DNA of 64,000 nucleotides from an uncultured virus (IMG/VR IMGVR_UViG_3300047157_000144) (IMGVR_UViG_3300047157_000144); one strand, 5' to 3'; shown: positions 44,232-53,776, counted from the first letter of the stretch. Program-made: numbers and translations. The notes: generated from the sequence alone by a model not told the origin.

Positions 44232-45918
44232 GAACACTTTCAGTCCTCATATAATATAAAGTTTTAATTCCTCGCTTCCAAGCTTCCATATGAACTTTAT
44301 TAATCCATCTAGGTTCAGCCTGTGATGGAAACGCAAGATTTAAACTTACAGATTGATCGACATAAGTTTGTCTTATACCTGCCTGATTAACTAATTCTAG
44401 TTGATTTATTTCCTTAAACGTTTTGAAAACATTTTTAACCGGCTCGCCACCTTTTTCCTGAGTAAGCTTGCCAGTAGTATCGTAATAGTAACCATCTAAT
44501 TCTTTTATTCCTTGTATAGATCCTTTATCTTTAAGAACTTTATCCCAAGTCTTTTGGGTATTTATATTTAATTTCTTAAATACTTTTTCAAGTTCTTTAT
44601 TTTTCCTTATAAACGTTCCTTTAGCAGATTGCTCTGTAAATACATTAGCAGCCCAAGGTTCAATTCCTGGTGATACATTACCAGACAATTTACTATTTGA
44701 TACTGTTGGTGCCACCGCTCTTAAGTGTGTGTTTCTCATTCCTGTACCTACACACCATAATGGTTCACCATAAATATCGGCTAAGTCTCTACTAGCCCTC
44801 TCAGTTTCTAATTTTAACTGGGAAAATATTTCTCTTGTTTTAAACTGCGCAAGCAATCCTTCAAAAGCAATACCTTTTTGTTGTAACAGCGTATGCCATC
44901 CAAGCACACCTAATCCTAATGCTCTGCCTTTTTCAGCAGATCTAACAGCATTATCAAAGCCTTTCATATTTTTAGCTCTTTGTATAAATTCAGATAACAC
45001 TCCATCTAAAAACCAAGTAGCATCATATATAAGATCACTATTCTTCCATTCATCATACTTAGCTAAATTAACAGAAGATAAACAACAAACAAAAGAATGT
45101 GACTCATCTGTGTGTAGTGTAATCTCAGAACATATATTAGTCATATGAACTTTTAAACTATTAGCTTTATATGCTTTAGGATTTGCTTTATTAGTATTAC
45201 CTTTAAACATTATATAAGGTTCACCTGTAGCTTTTCTTTTCTGTAACAACTTACTCCATTTAGCTCTAGCATCAGGCTGTCCCTCTTCAAGTCTTCTCAT
45301 AAACTTATCACCGATAATTGCACATTGATGTAAATTTAATGATTGTCTATTAACATCACCTTTAGGTTCTCTAATTTCTAACCAATCTAAAAAGTCTGGG
45401 TGATCAATGTTTATATTAACAGATGCAGCACCTCTTCTAACTGATCCTTGATTTGTAGCAAGTATAGTTGAATCATATATCTTACAGAATGGTACAACAC
45501 CATCTGAAGTGCCATTCCCCGCTATAGTAGCACCAGCTGGTCTAATCATATTTACACCAAGACCTACACCACCACCGTGTTTTGCAAGCAACATCATTTC
45601 GAGATTCTTATTACCTATATCCATAATGCTATCAGCAACATCGATACCAAAACAACTTATAGGCAAACCTCTATCAGTTCCAGTATTTGATAATACAGGC
45701 GAAGCTAAACAAAGCCACCCTTTCCATATATAATCAAAAAACTTATCTGCAAGTTCAGGTTTATACAATCTTCTAGCGACCGCGTTAGAAACTCTCCTGT
45801 AAGCGTCTTTAGGTGATTCGCCTTGTAATAGATAACCACCAGCTATAGTCTTCTTATACACGTCCGTATCGCCCCAGGAGGGGTAGTCTACACCTTTCTT
45901 CCAATCGTTATTCCACAT
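44173..45918 (-). CDS. nrdA: ribonucleotide reductase class I alpha subunit (short, no ATP cone)
   Basis: ISCF, GGGVG, TNICSEI, CCLSSVN, APTVSNS, KTLYY, C-terminal CLSC. Confidence 0.95.
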   Translation of the reverse strand: MWNNDWKKGVDYPSWGDTDVYKKTIAGGYLLQGESPKDAYRRVSNAVARRLYKPELADKFFDYIWKGWLCLASPVLSNTGTDRGLPISCFGIDVADSIMDIGNKNLEMMLLAKHGGGVGLGVNMIRPAGATIAGNGTSDGVVPFCKIYDSTILATNQGSVRRGAASVNINIDHPDFLDWLEIREPKGDVNRQSLNLHQCAIIGDKFMRRLEEGQPDARAKWSKLLQKRKATGEPYIMFKGNTNKANPKAYKANSLKVHMTNICSEITLHTDESHSFVCCLSSVNLAKYDEWKNSDLIYDATWFLDGVLSEFIQRAKNMKGFDNAVRSAEKGRALGLGVLGWHTLLQQKGIAFEGLLAQFKTREIFSQLKLETERASRDLADIYGEPLWCVGTGMRNTHLRAVAPTVSNSKLSGNVSPGIEPWAANVFTEQSAKGTFIRKNKELEKVFKKLNINTQKTWDKVLKDKGSIQGIKELDGYYYDTTGKLTQEKGGEPVKNVFKTFKEINQLELVNQAGIRQTYVDQSVSLNLAFPSQAEPRWINKVHMEAWKRGIKTLYYMRTESVLRGDIAAEAMNPDCLSCDG

Positions 45919-46108
45919 CTTCTTGTTTTTCTTTCATTTGTTCTTCTAATTTCTTAATAGCTTCATCATAATCTGGCATATTTTTAATAGTTTGTAAAGT
46001 GCCAACCGACAAATCTCTAAGATTAGTTAATTCCTGTAGAACACCCTGCATTAAAGCGCCAAGCTGTTCTATTTTTTTCCTCATTATTATTAGTTCTGAT
46101 TCTTTCAT
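45908..46108 (-). CDS. small coiled-coil hypothetical protein
   Basis: 66-aa ORF in the RNR operon. Confidence 0.55.
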   Translation of the reverse strand: MKESELIIMRKKIEQLGALMQGVLQELTNLRDLSVGTLQTIKNMPDYDEAIKKLEEQMKEKQEDVE

Positions 46109-46113
46109 ATTTA

Positions 46114-46293
46114 TTATTTAATTCCGCAAGACGTAGTTATTAAGTGAACTACTTCATTTACGCACTCTTCGTTATCCACATATCTATTGCATTTTTCAAC
46201 AGCGTATGTTTCAATTGTTTTTAAATCACATTCAACTTCTGTTTTACTACAGCTTATTAAAGCTAATAGTAATAGACTACCAAATATCCTCAA
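46114..46293 (-). CDS. putative small Cys-rich lipoprotein (start uncertain; frame open to 46464)
   Basis: LRIFGSLLLLALISC lipobox then four more Cys. Confidence 0.5.
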   Translation of the reverse strand: MRIFGSLLLLALISCSKTEVECDLKTIETYAVEKCNRYVDNEECVNEVVHLITTSCGIK

Positions 46294-47245
46294 AATCTTC
46301 TCCTTCGTTTGCTTTAGAATAGTCAGTAGGCCTGATAGCAAAAAAATCGGTGTGAGTAACACCCCCAGTAAGATGATAAAACCAATCCAAAGTACTAGCG
46401 CTGGTTGCATCAAATCCAAAATGATTTGCTTCGTTTGTGTAACCGAGTTCAACGATTTTTTCATTTGCTCTTTTCTTTATAAAGTTTTTTAAATCTTCTT
46501 TCTTTAAATTTTCTATATCACCTTGTTCAAACATTTTATCGATATATTTTAATTCAAGGTCTACCATTATATCCGCAGCTTCAAGAACATGATCTTTACA
46601 ATCTTCTTTTAGGTTTGGTGTTTCTTCACACATATGTCTAAACAATTGACAACCCATTTTTGAATGTAATGATTCATCTCTTACTGACCATTTCATTTGC
46701 TGGCCAATACCTTTAAGTAAGTTTCTAAGCTGAAAGCTATATAAAACAGCAAAAGCAGAGTATAACGAAACACCTTCAGCAAAAGCGCTAAAGACTGCCA
46801 AACTTTTGGCAATACCAATTTTATCTTTTCCTTCATAAGCAACTAAATTATCAAACCTGTCCGCTGTAGCTGGTTCATGTAAGAATGCTTCAAAGTCTTC
46901 AAGACCTAAAGTTTCATTCAAATATGAATACGCAACCGCGTGCACGGTTTCTTGTGAGCCAAATATCATGGCCATTTGTTTTATTTCATGTTTAGGAAAC
47001 CAGTTTACTACATTTTGTGTCCAGTAATCTGATACAGCACATTCTGTTTGTGCAAATCCTAATAATATATTACCAACTAAATGCTTTTCAGATTCAGTTA
47101 ATCTTTCATTCCAATCTTTTACATCTCCAGACATACTAATTTCTGTGTGCAACCAAAAAGCTTGCGCTTGTGGTAACCAACCTTCGTTATAGTATTCTGG
47201 ATAATCAAAAGGTTTGTATGCTACTCTTTCATCAAATAATCCCAT
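46277..47245 (-). CDS. nrdB: ribonucleotide reductase class Ia beta subunit
   Basis: AFWLHTEI, ETVHAVAY (radical Tyr), EGVSLYSAF, RDESLH, HTDFFA.R..DY. Confidence 0.95.
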   Translation of the reverse strand: MGLFDERVAYKPFDYPEYYNEGWLPQAQAFWLHTEISMSGDVKDWNERLTESEKHLVGNILLGFAQTECAVSDYWTQNVVNWFPKHEIKQMAMIFGSQETVHAVAYSYLNETLGLEDFEAFLHEPATADRFDNLVAYEGKDKIGIAKSLAVFSAFAEGVSLYSAFAVLYSFQLRNLLKGIGQQMKWSVRDESLHSKMGCQLFRHMCEETPNLKEDCKDHVLEAADIMVDLELKYIDKMFEQGDIENLKKEDLKNFIKKRANEKIVELGYTNEANHFGFDATSASTLDWFYHLTGGVTHTDFFAIRPTDYSKANEGEDFEDIW

Positions 47246-47246
47246 A

Positions 47247-47396
47247 TTAATCTTCTTTATCGTGTTTAATTATTTCTAAAGCTATATCTACAAACGGTAG
47301 ATAAAGCACGTGTGAAACTACATCATCTAAATCATACGATCTAATTCCTATAAGTATTCCTGGATATAAGCCTATAGATATTCTCCATACTTTCAT
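47247..47396 (-). CDS. small hypothetical protein (49 aa)
   Basis: Manual translation MKVWRISIGLYPGILIGIRSY...HVLYLPFVDIALEIIKHDKED. Confidence 0.55.
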   Translation of the reverse strand: MKVWRISIGLYPGILIGIRSYDLDDVVSHVLYLPFVDIALEIIKHDKED

Positions 47397-47533
47397 ATTC
47401 TGCCTTGACCCTTATAAGCCTTTTTGTAATTCCTACTTGACTTAACATTACTTGTTTTTGTTTTTGCGTGTATACCTTTTCTCCTAATCTTTTTTCTTTC
47501 TTGGAGTACAGACATCATTCCATTTCTAGCCAT
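47393..47533 (-). CDS. small basic protein (46 aa)
   Basis: Manual translation MARNGMMSVLQERKKIRRKGIHAKTKTSNVKSSRNYKKAYKGQGRI; ATGA-coupled. Confidence 0.55.
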   Translation of the reverse strand: MARNGMMSVLQERKKIRRKGIHAKTKTSNVKSSRNYKKAYKGQGRI

Positions 47534-47693
47534 AAACTTCTATATTATATTTTTTGTGAATCTCTATAAGCTCATTCCACCTAAGAAAGCCCCTGTTAAT
47601 AGCCCACTTAATATGTTTTTCAACTTGTCTTTCTTTGTATTTTAATCTTGCTATTTTCTTTTGTTTCTCAGTATTTCTATAACCCTGTCGCAT
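47526..47693 (-). CDS. small hypothetical protein (55 aa)
   Basis: Manual translation MRQGYRNTEKQKKIARLKYKERQVEKHIKWA...; fills the gap. Confidence 0.45.
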   Translation of the reverse strand: MRQGYRNTEKQKKIARLKYKERQVEKHIKWAINRGFLRWNELIEIHKKYNIEVYG

Positions 47694-48109
47694 TCTTTTT
47701 GGTTTTGTGGTTTAAAAAGAGTATAACTAGGAAACTGCTCGGTAACTAATTTCTTAAACAACTTCCATCTAATAGGAAATGATTCATTAGGTCTACCTTT
47801 AGTTTCTATTATAAAGTTTTCACCAATAAAATCTGGTGTGTACTTTATAGGTAATATTCTTTTTTCACCTCTGTTCATAAATTCGCCCTTTGAGTTTGCC
47901 TGTCTTTCATAAACTTCATTTTCAAAATGAAATCCATTTAATAAAACAAAAGTTTCACCCTCGTACTTAGCTTTAATTTTTGCTTTTTGTAAAGCCATAT
48001 ACATATACTTTTCCAATCCTGAGGCAAAATTATGTCCATCATAACTAATTTTCCTAGATTGTACTGGCCCTCTTTTTTTCTTAGGGGCCTTCTTCCTTTT
48101 ATAAAACAT
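47651..48109 (-). CDS. T7 endonuclease I-like PD-(D/E)XK nuclease
   Basis: FASGLE...YEGE...YTPDF...IIETKG. Confidence 0.8.
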   Translation of the reverse strand: MFYKRKKAPKKKRGPVQSRKISYDGHNFASGLEKYMYMALQKAKIKAKYEGETFVLLNGFHFENEVYERQANSKGEFMNRGEKRILPIKYTPDFIGENFIIETKGRPNESFPIRWKLFKKLVTEQFPSYTLFKPQNQKECDRVIEILRNKRK

Positions 48110-48345
48110 TATTCTTTTGCTTTAAGATCTCTTAAATAACATTCTTCAATTTCACTTTTTAATGCTTGTCTTGTTTTTTCTATATAGTTGACAGCATCCA
48201 TTAACTCTTCTTGTATGTGTTGAAGCCATGTATCTAGTGGTTGGTCATCTTTATGTAAAGTAACGCCGTACTTTTTATAACCTACATCAGATCTGTTAAT
48301 AAACTTTTTTACTACTGATTCTATAATCTTATCTCTTATTTCCAT
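48109..48345 (-). CDS. small all-alpha NTP-pyrophosphatase-like protein
   Basis: RS.VG.KKYGVTL...WLQHIQEELMDAVNY (EExxD motif). Confidence 0.5.
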   Translation of the reverse strand: MEIRDKIIESVVKKFINRSDVGYKKYGVTLHKDDQPLDTWLQHIQEELMDAVNYIEKTRQALKSEIEECYLRDLKAKE

Positions 48346-48346
48346 A

Positions 48347-49105
48347 TTAGTCTTTTACAAATGTTCCGTTTACCATTCTCCCAGTTCTACCAGAAATCTC
48401 ATCATAAGCAGACTGCATACAAGTTTCAATTGAAACACCGTTGAGTTCGGCGAGATTAGTAAGAACAACAACGCTATCACCAATAGCATCGATAACACCT
48501 TCTTTATCATTGTTAAGAAGGGATTGCGATAATTCCCCTGTTTCTTCATATAATTTTATTAATTGTGTTTTAGCATCTCCTTTATCTAAGATACCTTTTT
48601 CTTTGGCCCATTGCCTTATAAGATCAAATAACTCAACTTTACCATGTTCTGGTTTAGCTTTGAATGCTTCATAAAAAGCTTTGTTATAAATATAAGTTCT
48701 GTCTTTGTCATACATAGACTTATATGAATTAGCTAGTATCCATTGAATTTGCTCTTTCTGTATTTTAAAATCACCTAATGGCGTTTGCCAACTTAACCCT
48801 ATGTTTTTTTCGAGCATATCTTTAAGCCCTTTCTTTTTGCATGGGAATGTTGAGGTTTGCTCTGTTGCATTTATTTTCATTTTTTTATTTACTAAATTTT
48901 TATATAATGTTCTATCTACTTTGTACCCATAAAACTTTTGAAGCTCTATTTCTCGCTTTGATATATAATTAATATCAGACGAAGAATCTAGAACTTCATA
49001 TTCCCCAGGCTTATAGCCCTGCACAAGCGTAACTCTATTATTTAAATCACGTGTTACACCGATTTTTTTATTAGGTATATGATAAATATAATATATTTCT
49101 TCCAT
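48347..49105 (-). CDS. MazG-like nucleotide pyrophosphohydrolase with N-terminal GIY-YIG-like segment
   Basis: C-terminal KLYEETGEL...DAIGDSVVVL..LA...AYDEI..R.G.M.NGTFVKD; N-terminal YYIYHI...KIGVT. Confidence 0.8.
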   Translation of the reverse strand: MEEIYYIYHIPNKKIGVTRDLNNRVTLVQGYKPGEYEVLDSSSDINYISKREIELQKFYGYKVDRTLYKNLVNKKMKINATEQTSTFPCKKKGLKDMLEKNIGLSWQTPLGDFKIQKEQIQWILANSYKSMYDKDRTYIYNKAFYEAFKAKPEHGKVELFDLIRQWAKEKGILDKGDAKTQLIKLYEETGELSQSLLNNDKEGVIDAIGDSVVVLTNLAELNGVSIETCMQSAYDEISGRTGRMVNGTFVKD

Positions 49106-49112
49106 ATTTTTT

Positions 49113-49946
49113 TTATTTTCCTACAGATAATTCTGCTTTAATAGCAGGACTGTGATTATATCCTTCTAATGTTATAGTATCTTTATTAGGAAGGAATACA
49201 AAATCATTTGCACCTTCTCTTAATTTTATACCGCCCCATTCCATTTTTAGTTTGGGTAAATCGTATTGCTTTGCAGCAATATACTCTTCTGCTTGTTTTA
49301 AATGATTGTTATATAAATGACAATCGCCTAAGCTAGCAATAAGAGTTCCAGCTTCATAACCTGCACCGTCTGCTATCATTTCTAATAACAAGCCATACAT
49401 AGCTATATCATATGGTAATCCTAGAAATACATCTGCACTTCTTTGTTGCCACATTAAGTCCAGTTTACCATCGTTATAAAATAACTGGAAGTTATAATGA
49501 CAAGGAGGGAGTACCATATCGTGAAGATCAGAAACGTTCCAAGCTGATACCATGAGTCGTCTACTGGTGGGATTTTCCCTAAGCTCCTGAAGCACCACTT
49601 GTAATTGATCGATGCCATTAGCATGACGCCACTGGTGACCGTATACGGGACCAAGTTTTCTATCAGTCCTACCAGATCTTTGGTAATCAGGAATCCAATA
49701 CTTGACACCGTTATCAATAAGATAGTCCAAGTCGCTTCTGCCTTCGACAATCCAAAATAATTCTGTTTTTGCATGATTAAATATAATTTTCTTTTTTGTT
49801 AGTAAAGGAAACCCAAGCTTCATATCGTGGTATAACATTCTACCAAATACAGCTCTTGTTCCTGTTCCAGTCCTATCTTCTTTAGGTTTACCTCCGTGTA
49901 ATATACCGGACATTAAACCTGTGTATTCATCTTCTATATTTCTCAT
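49113..49946 (-). CDS. thyA: thymidylate synthase family enzyme; Asn-to-Asp at the specificity position suggests dCMP (hydroxy)methylase
   Basis: DRTGTGT, FPLLTKK, LGPVYG.QWR, SRR, LPPCH, QRSADVFLGLPYD, GDCHLYNNH. Confidence 0.9.
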   Translation of the reverse strand: MRNIEDEYTGLMSGILHGGKPKEDRTGTGTRAVFGRMLYHDMKLGFPLLTKKKIIFNHAKTELFWIVEGRSDLDYLIDNGVKYWIPDYQRSGRTDRKLGPVYGHQWRHANGIDQLQVVLQELRENPTSRRLMVSAWNVSDLHDMVLPPCHYNFQLFYNDGKLDLMWQQRSADVFLGLPYDIAMYGLLLEMIADGAGYEAGTLIASLGDCHLYNNHLKQAEEYIAAKQYDLPKLKMEWGGIKLREGANDFVFLPNKDTITLEGYNHSPAIKAELSVGK

Positions 49947-50229
49947 AATAGTACATACATGTTTTATACATCATTTGTTTGCATTCCACAGCCTTGTAGG
50001 ACTCTGGAGATACATTTACTTTTTCTCCTTTTTTATAAGGGCCAATAATTACGGTTATATACCATTCTTTTGGTGCAGCACCTGTTGATATAGGCTGGTA
50101 AGATATTCTAATATTATTTCTAATACAGAAATCATGAGCTGCTCTTTCTTCTGTTGTAGGAAAGTAACTGCCCATAATAGACTTTTTACGTTTTCTACCA
50201 ACGTCCATTGCATTTACTGTTCCTGCCAT
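49927..50229 (-). CDS. hypothetical protein
   Basis: 100-aa ORF downstream of the repeat motif. Confidence 0.55.
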   Translation of the reverse strand: MAGTVNAMDVGRKRKKSIMGSYFPTTEERAAHDFCIRNNIRISYQPISTGAAPKEWYITVIIGPYKKGEKVNVSPESYKAVECKQMMYKTCMYYYEKYRR

Positions 50230-50260
50230 ATTATCTTATTTAGTTCGTATTTGTTACGTA
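50230..50260 (-). promoter_or_regulatory. 31-bp phage motif copy (TACGT-N6-TACGA-N9-GATAAT)
   Basis: TACGT AACAAA TACGA ACTAAATAA GATAAT. Confidence 0.75.
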
Positions 50261-51982
50261 TCATTCCCAAGGCATTATAGTATTTTCTGGTATAGGTTCT
50301 GAATGTGGTATATAACAACCAGACTTAGGTTCCCAAGTAAAGAATGCTTCTCCTCCGTTTTCACCTAAATTTTGAAACTTAACTTTTAATACTTTTATCT
50401 TTGTTGTTTTCTTTTCATAATCTCTATGAACTAACAAACCGTGATAACTAGCATCATACCATTCACCTCCACCTTTAATGTTATACATCGTAGGCTCTTC
50501 AATTTTACCATTAGAATCTTTATACATTTTAGTTGGGTGAGCAACTATTATAACTAGTACATCATATTTTTTAGCAAACATTTCAATTTTAGTTAAGTAT
50601 TCTAATGTGTATACATTAACATCACCATTGTTAGAATCTAAATCTCTAACTTTATTAAATGGATCAATCACAAGGCATTTAATACCTTTACGTTTTACAA
50701 GCTCAGCACCTTTCTTTAATACTGAATCTAATGTATAACGTTCCATATCGATAAAATAAAAGTTATCGTTTATATATTCTGTTGTTTGTTCCCATTTGTC
50801 TTTACCAATATCAGATTTAGATGGCATACCTTGCCAAGCTTTTCTCATTAGTTTATGGGCGTGTAAATAAGTGGGTGCATTTTCTGGTGATGCAAAAGCT
50901 GTCTTCCAGCTGTATTGTTGATTATAACCTATTACCATTTGATCTACAAAATCTGATTTACCAGAAGATGGTATACCTGTAACAGTTATAAACTGTCCTG
51001 TATATGTAGAAAATATATCATCAAAGTTACGTAAACCTATTTGAAATCCTGGTTTAAAACCGTTTTCAACAAAGTCTACAACATCGCCTTCAATATCTTT
51101 AAAGGTTGTAACATTTTCAAGTGGCACAGGACTAGATTTATCTATAACCTGTTTTAAAGAATCAACTCCATATTTAATTAAATATTCATTTGCGTCTTTA
51201 CAATCTTTAAAAGAAGTTGTATAGCAAACCTCAGCACCTAGTCTTCTTATAAGCTCGTTTTTTAAAGCTACGCCTGGCTCATCGTTATCAACAGCTATGA
51301 TTATCTTTTCAATGTTTGTAAAGTAATCTATACAGTTATCTAAGTAATCTAAGTTGTTTGTGCCTAAGGTTGCGCCGTTTGGAACTGAAATAGCATTTGG
51401 TATACCTGCTTCATGCAAAGCTAGTACATCAATTTCACCTTCAGTTATAACACAAAAAGAATGGCCTACAATAGCATCAATATTATAAAATACTTTTTCA
51501 GCACCTTTATAAAGCTTGAAGTTCTTGCGGCCATCTCTATACTTAATGTTGATGAGCTCACCACCCATCATATAATTAAATTTAATTGTGTTCTCCTCTT
51601 TAGAAGATTGTGGCATAAACTCAGGACCCTCGGAAACATTTAAGTCTTCAAGAGTCTTCTGAGATATACCTCTACTATTAAACCACTCTACAACTTTTGA
51701 ACCTACTGGTTTGTGGGTTTTAGCAGAAAAGTCGGGGCGAACATAAACCTTATCGCTTGTTCCTTTTCTTTTAAAAGTATGTAGCTGAAATGATGTATTA
51801 CAATTATGACAAGTACCTAATCCTCTCTCCCAATCATAAGAAGCACACTTTTTCTTTTTATTCTCAGACTTTCTTGTGTGTGAACATAGAGGGCATGTAC
51901 CTTCAGGTGCACCTACTTTTAAGTCGTGTTGATTAAATTGGTCGATCTGGAAACCATTGATTTCCGAATTATTTACTTGCAT
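50261..51982 (-). CDS. primase-helicase, T7 gp4/Twinkle-like
   Basis: Zn finger CPLC..CHNC, TOPRIM EGEID and DND..G, KDANE, Walker A GIPSSGKS, VIDP, VAHP. Confidence 0.92.
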   Translation of the reverse strand: MQVNNSEINGFQIDQFNQHDLKVGAPEGTCPLCSHTRKSENKKKKCASYDWERGLGTCHNCNTSFQLHTFKRKGTSDKVYVRPDFSAKTHKPVGSKVVEWFNSRGISQKTLEDLNVSEGPEFMPQSSKEENTIKFNYMMGGELINIKYRDGRKNFKLYKGAEKVFYNIDAIVGHSFCVITEGEIDVLALHEAGIPNAISVPNGATLGTNNLDYLDNCIDYFTNIEKIIIAVDNDEPGVALKNELIRRLGAEVCYTTSFKDCKDANEYLIKYGVDSLKQVIDKSSPVPLENVTTFKDIEGDVVDFVENGFKPGFQIGLRNFDDIFSTYTGQFITVTGIPSSGKSDFVDQMVIGYNQQYSWKTAFASPENAPTYLHAHKLMRKAWQGMPSKSDIGKDKWEQTTEYINDNFYFIDMERYTLDSVLKKGAELVKRKGIKCLVIDPFNKVRDLDSNNGDVNVYTLEYLTKIEMFAKKYDVLVIIVAHPTKMYKDSNGKIEEPTMYNIKGGGEWYDASYHGLLVHRDYEKKTTKIKVLKVKFQNLGENGGEAFFTWEPKSGCYIPHSEPIPENTIMPWE

Positions 51983-52006
51983 ATAGTTTATTTCTTGTTG
52001 TGGTTC

Positions 52007-52318
52007 TTAAAATGGTAAATCATCTTGTGCAACCTGCTGCTTTGGCGCCGCTGCTTGTTGCTGATTATCCCTTGGTACAGGCTGTGGAAATTCTCCATCA
52101 GTCCATACAATAGTAGCATTACCTAGAAACGTTCTAGGCTCCTTAGCTTCTCGCTCTTCCTTAGACTGAGCAATAGCTACTGGTCCGTGATTACCATAGG
52201 CATCAACATCATTATTTACAGTAATAGTGATCGGTAGATACTGACCCTTTTTACCTTGAATAATTCTTGACTTATCTATAGCAGTAAGGTTTATACTTGT
52301 TTTAATAATTCCAGCCAT
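52007..52318 (-). CDS. putative single-stranded DNA-binding protein
   Basis: Beta-rich core, Q-rich linker, acidic DDLPF C-terminus. Confidence 0.65.
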   Translation of the reverse strand: MAGIIKTSINLTAIDKSRIIQGKKGQYLPITITVNNDVDAYGNHGPVAIAQSKEEREAKEPRTFLGNATIVWTDGEFPQPVPRDNQQQAAAPKQQVAQDDLPF

Positions 52319-52321
52319 TTC

Positions 52322-52489
52322 TTAATATGTTTGTAATTGTGAAAACATTCTTTGTAATTGACTTCTATTAGCGCCAGTTGCGCGTCTTAAATTGTCAACA
52401 GCTTTTACATGCGTTTGATTGCTGTAAAAGTTTTTCTCACTTGTTGTTACTCCTGTAACGCTACAAGTTCTTTTCTTTGTTCTTGCCAT
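52322..52489 (-). CDS. small hypothetical protein (55 aa)
   Basis: Manual translation MARTKKRTCSVTGVTTSEKNFYSNQTHVKAVDNLRRATGANRSQLQRMFSQLQTY. Confidence 0.55.
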   Translation of the reverse strand: MARTKKRTCSVTGVTTSEKNFYSNQTHVKAVDNLRRATGANRSQLQRMFSQLQTY

Positions 52490-52498
52490 AATATTAAA

Positions 52499-53242
52499 TT
52501 AAAGTGTTTTAGTTAAAAAAAATTGCGATGGATCAAAGCCATCTGTTTTAAAGAATAGTTCATATGATTCAGTAGCTCTAAGAACTTTATCTCTACCTGA
52601 TTCATAGAATTCATCCGAACAATCAAATATTCCTATTTGATGTGTTGTCTTATCCATTACGATAAATAACATATCATAACCAAACATCTCTTTATAGATA
52701 TAAGCCTGACTGTCATAATTATATTTATTTGCTGACCATTTAAATTTACTTACATCAGCACTGGTCTTGAGGTCTATAATAAGTTGCTCGTCCTCATTTA
52801 TTATATCGGCTTTTCCTTTCCACATGTTACCGAACAATCTTACTATCCCGGGTTGTTCGTATTTGACACGTGCGCCTTTTCTTGAACCTCGTATATAATC
52901 TTTACATACATTGTTCTTTAGCAACTTTTCTCGCATTAATTCAATTTTGTCTGCTTCATGCTGAAGTAAACATAATTCACCCTCGGAAATTTCCTTATAC
53001 TTTTTTGTATTTCTTGTAGAAGATTCGATGATTTTAAAATTATCAATCTTATCTGGTTCAAGTATACTAGTATGGAAATAACCCCCAACTAAAAAAGCAG
53101 AGCTCATAGGTGAGGGTGCTTTAAAGCTTAGTGGGTCTTTTAATAACGCGGATATGTCTGAGTTACTTAAATATTGCTTGCCAAACTTACCATAATAATG
53201 GTCGTCTGATTTAAGTTTTTCTAAGACTTCGTCTTTTGTCAT
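52499..53242 (-). CDS. RecE/exonuclease VIII-like PD-(D/E)XK exonuclease
   Basis: YLSNS, G.YFH..ILEP, KGKADI..IIDLKT, Y.YDSQAYIY. Confidence 0.8.
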   Translation of the reverse strand: MTKDEVLEKLKSDDHYYGKFGKQYLSNSDISALLKDPLSFKAPSPMSSAFLVGGYFHTSILEPDKIDNFKIIESSTRNTKKYKEISEGELCLLQHEADKIELMREKLLKNNVCKDYIRGSRKGARVKYEQPGIVRLFGNMWKGKADIINEDEQLIIDLKTSADVSKFKWSANKYNYDSQAYIYKEMFGYDMLFIVMDKTTHQIGIFDCSDEFYESGRDKVLRATESYELFFKTDGFDPSQFFLTKTL

Positions 53243-53776
53243 TTATAGTGTTGTTAATGATTTTTCTTGTTCAGGTGTCATAGTATACTTCTTTTTAATT
53301 TGAGCAACTTTGCCTCCTGACTTAACATATTCTTGAGCTTGTTTTAATTGAGCTGATGTCATAGTAGTAGCCGAAGCACCGTGTGTATTTGTAGCATCGG
53401 AATCTGCAGTGTCATCAATTAGCAATAAATTACCTAAAGCATATTTCTTACCATAAGATGATGCGGAGCCAAATTGCTGTGGTGTTTGCATACCTTTCTG
53501 ATTAAGATCCACACCTACAATAGCTGTTGCTGATATAAATGCTTCGCTTTCAGTGTCGTGAATTTGTGCTCTTGTCTCTATTACAGGAACAGTCAAATTT
53601 GACATTTGAAATTGCTCGTGAACAACAAAGTATACTTTATACTTTTCATTGTACGGTTTTAATGCTTCAAGAATATCTTCGGCGGATCTGAAGTTGTACT
53701 TGCCGAAGGAGTTGTAACGTGATTTCTTACTTTTGAACTCTTTTTGTATTAAACTTAATTTTTGATATATTGTCAT
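53243..53776 (-). CDS. ERF-family single-strand annealing protein
   Basis: NSFGKYNFRSAEDIL...QQFGSASSYGKKYAL.NLLLIDD..DSD. Confidence 0.85.
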   Translation of the reverse strand: MTIYQKLSLIQKEFKSKKSRYNSFGKYNFRSAEDILEALKPYNEKYKVYFVVHEQFQMSNLTVPVIETRAQIHDTESEAFISATAIVGVDLNQKGMQTPQQFGSASSYGKKYALGNLLLIDDTADSDATNTHGASATTMTSAQLKQAQEYVKSGGKVAQIKKKYTMTPEQEKSLTTL

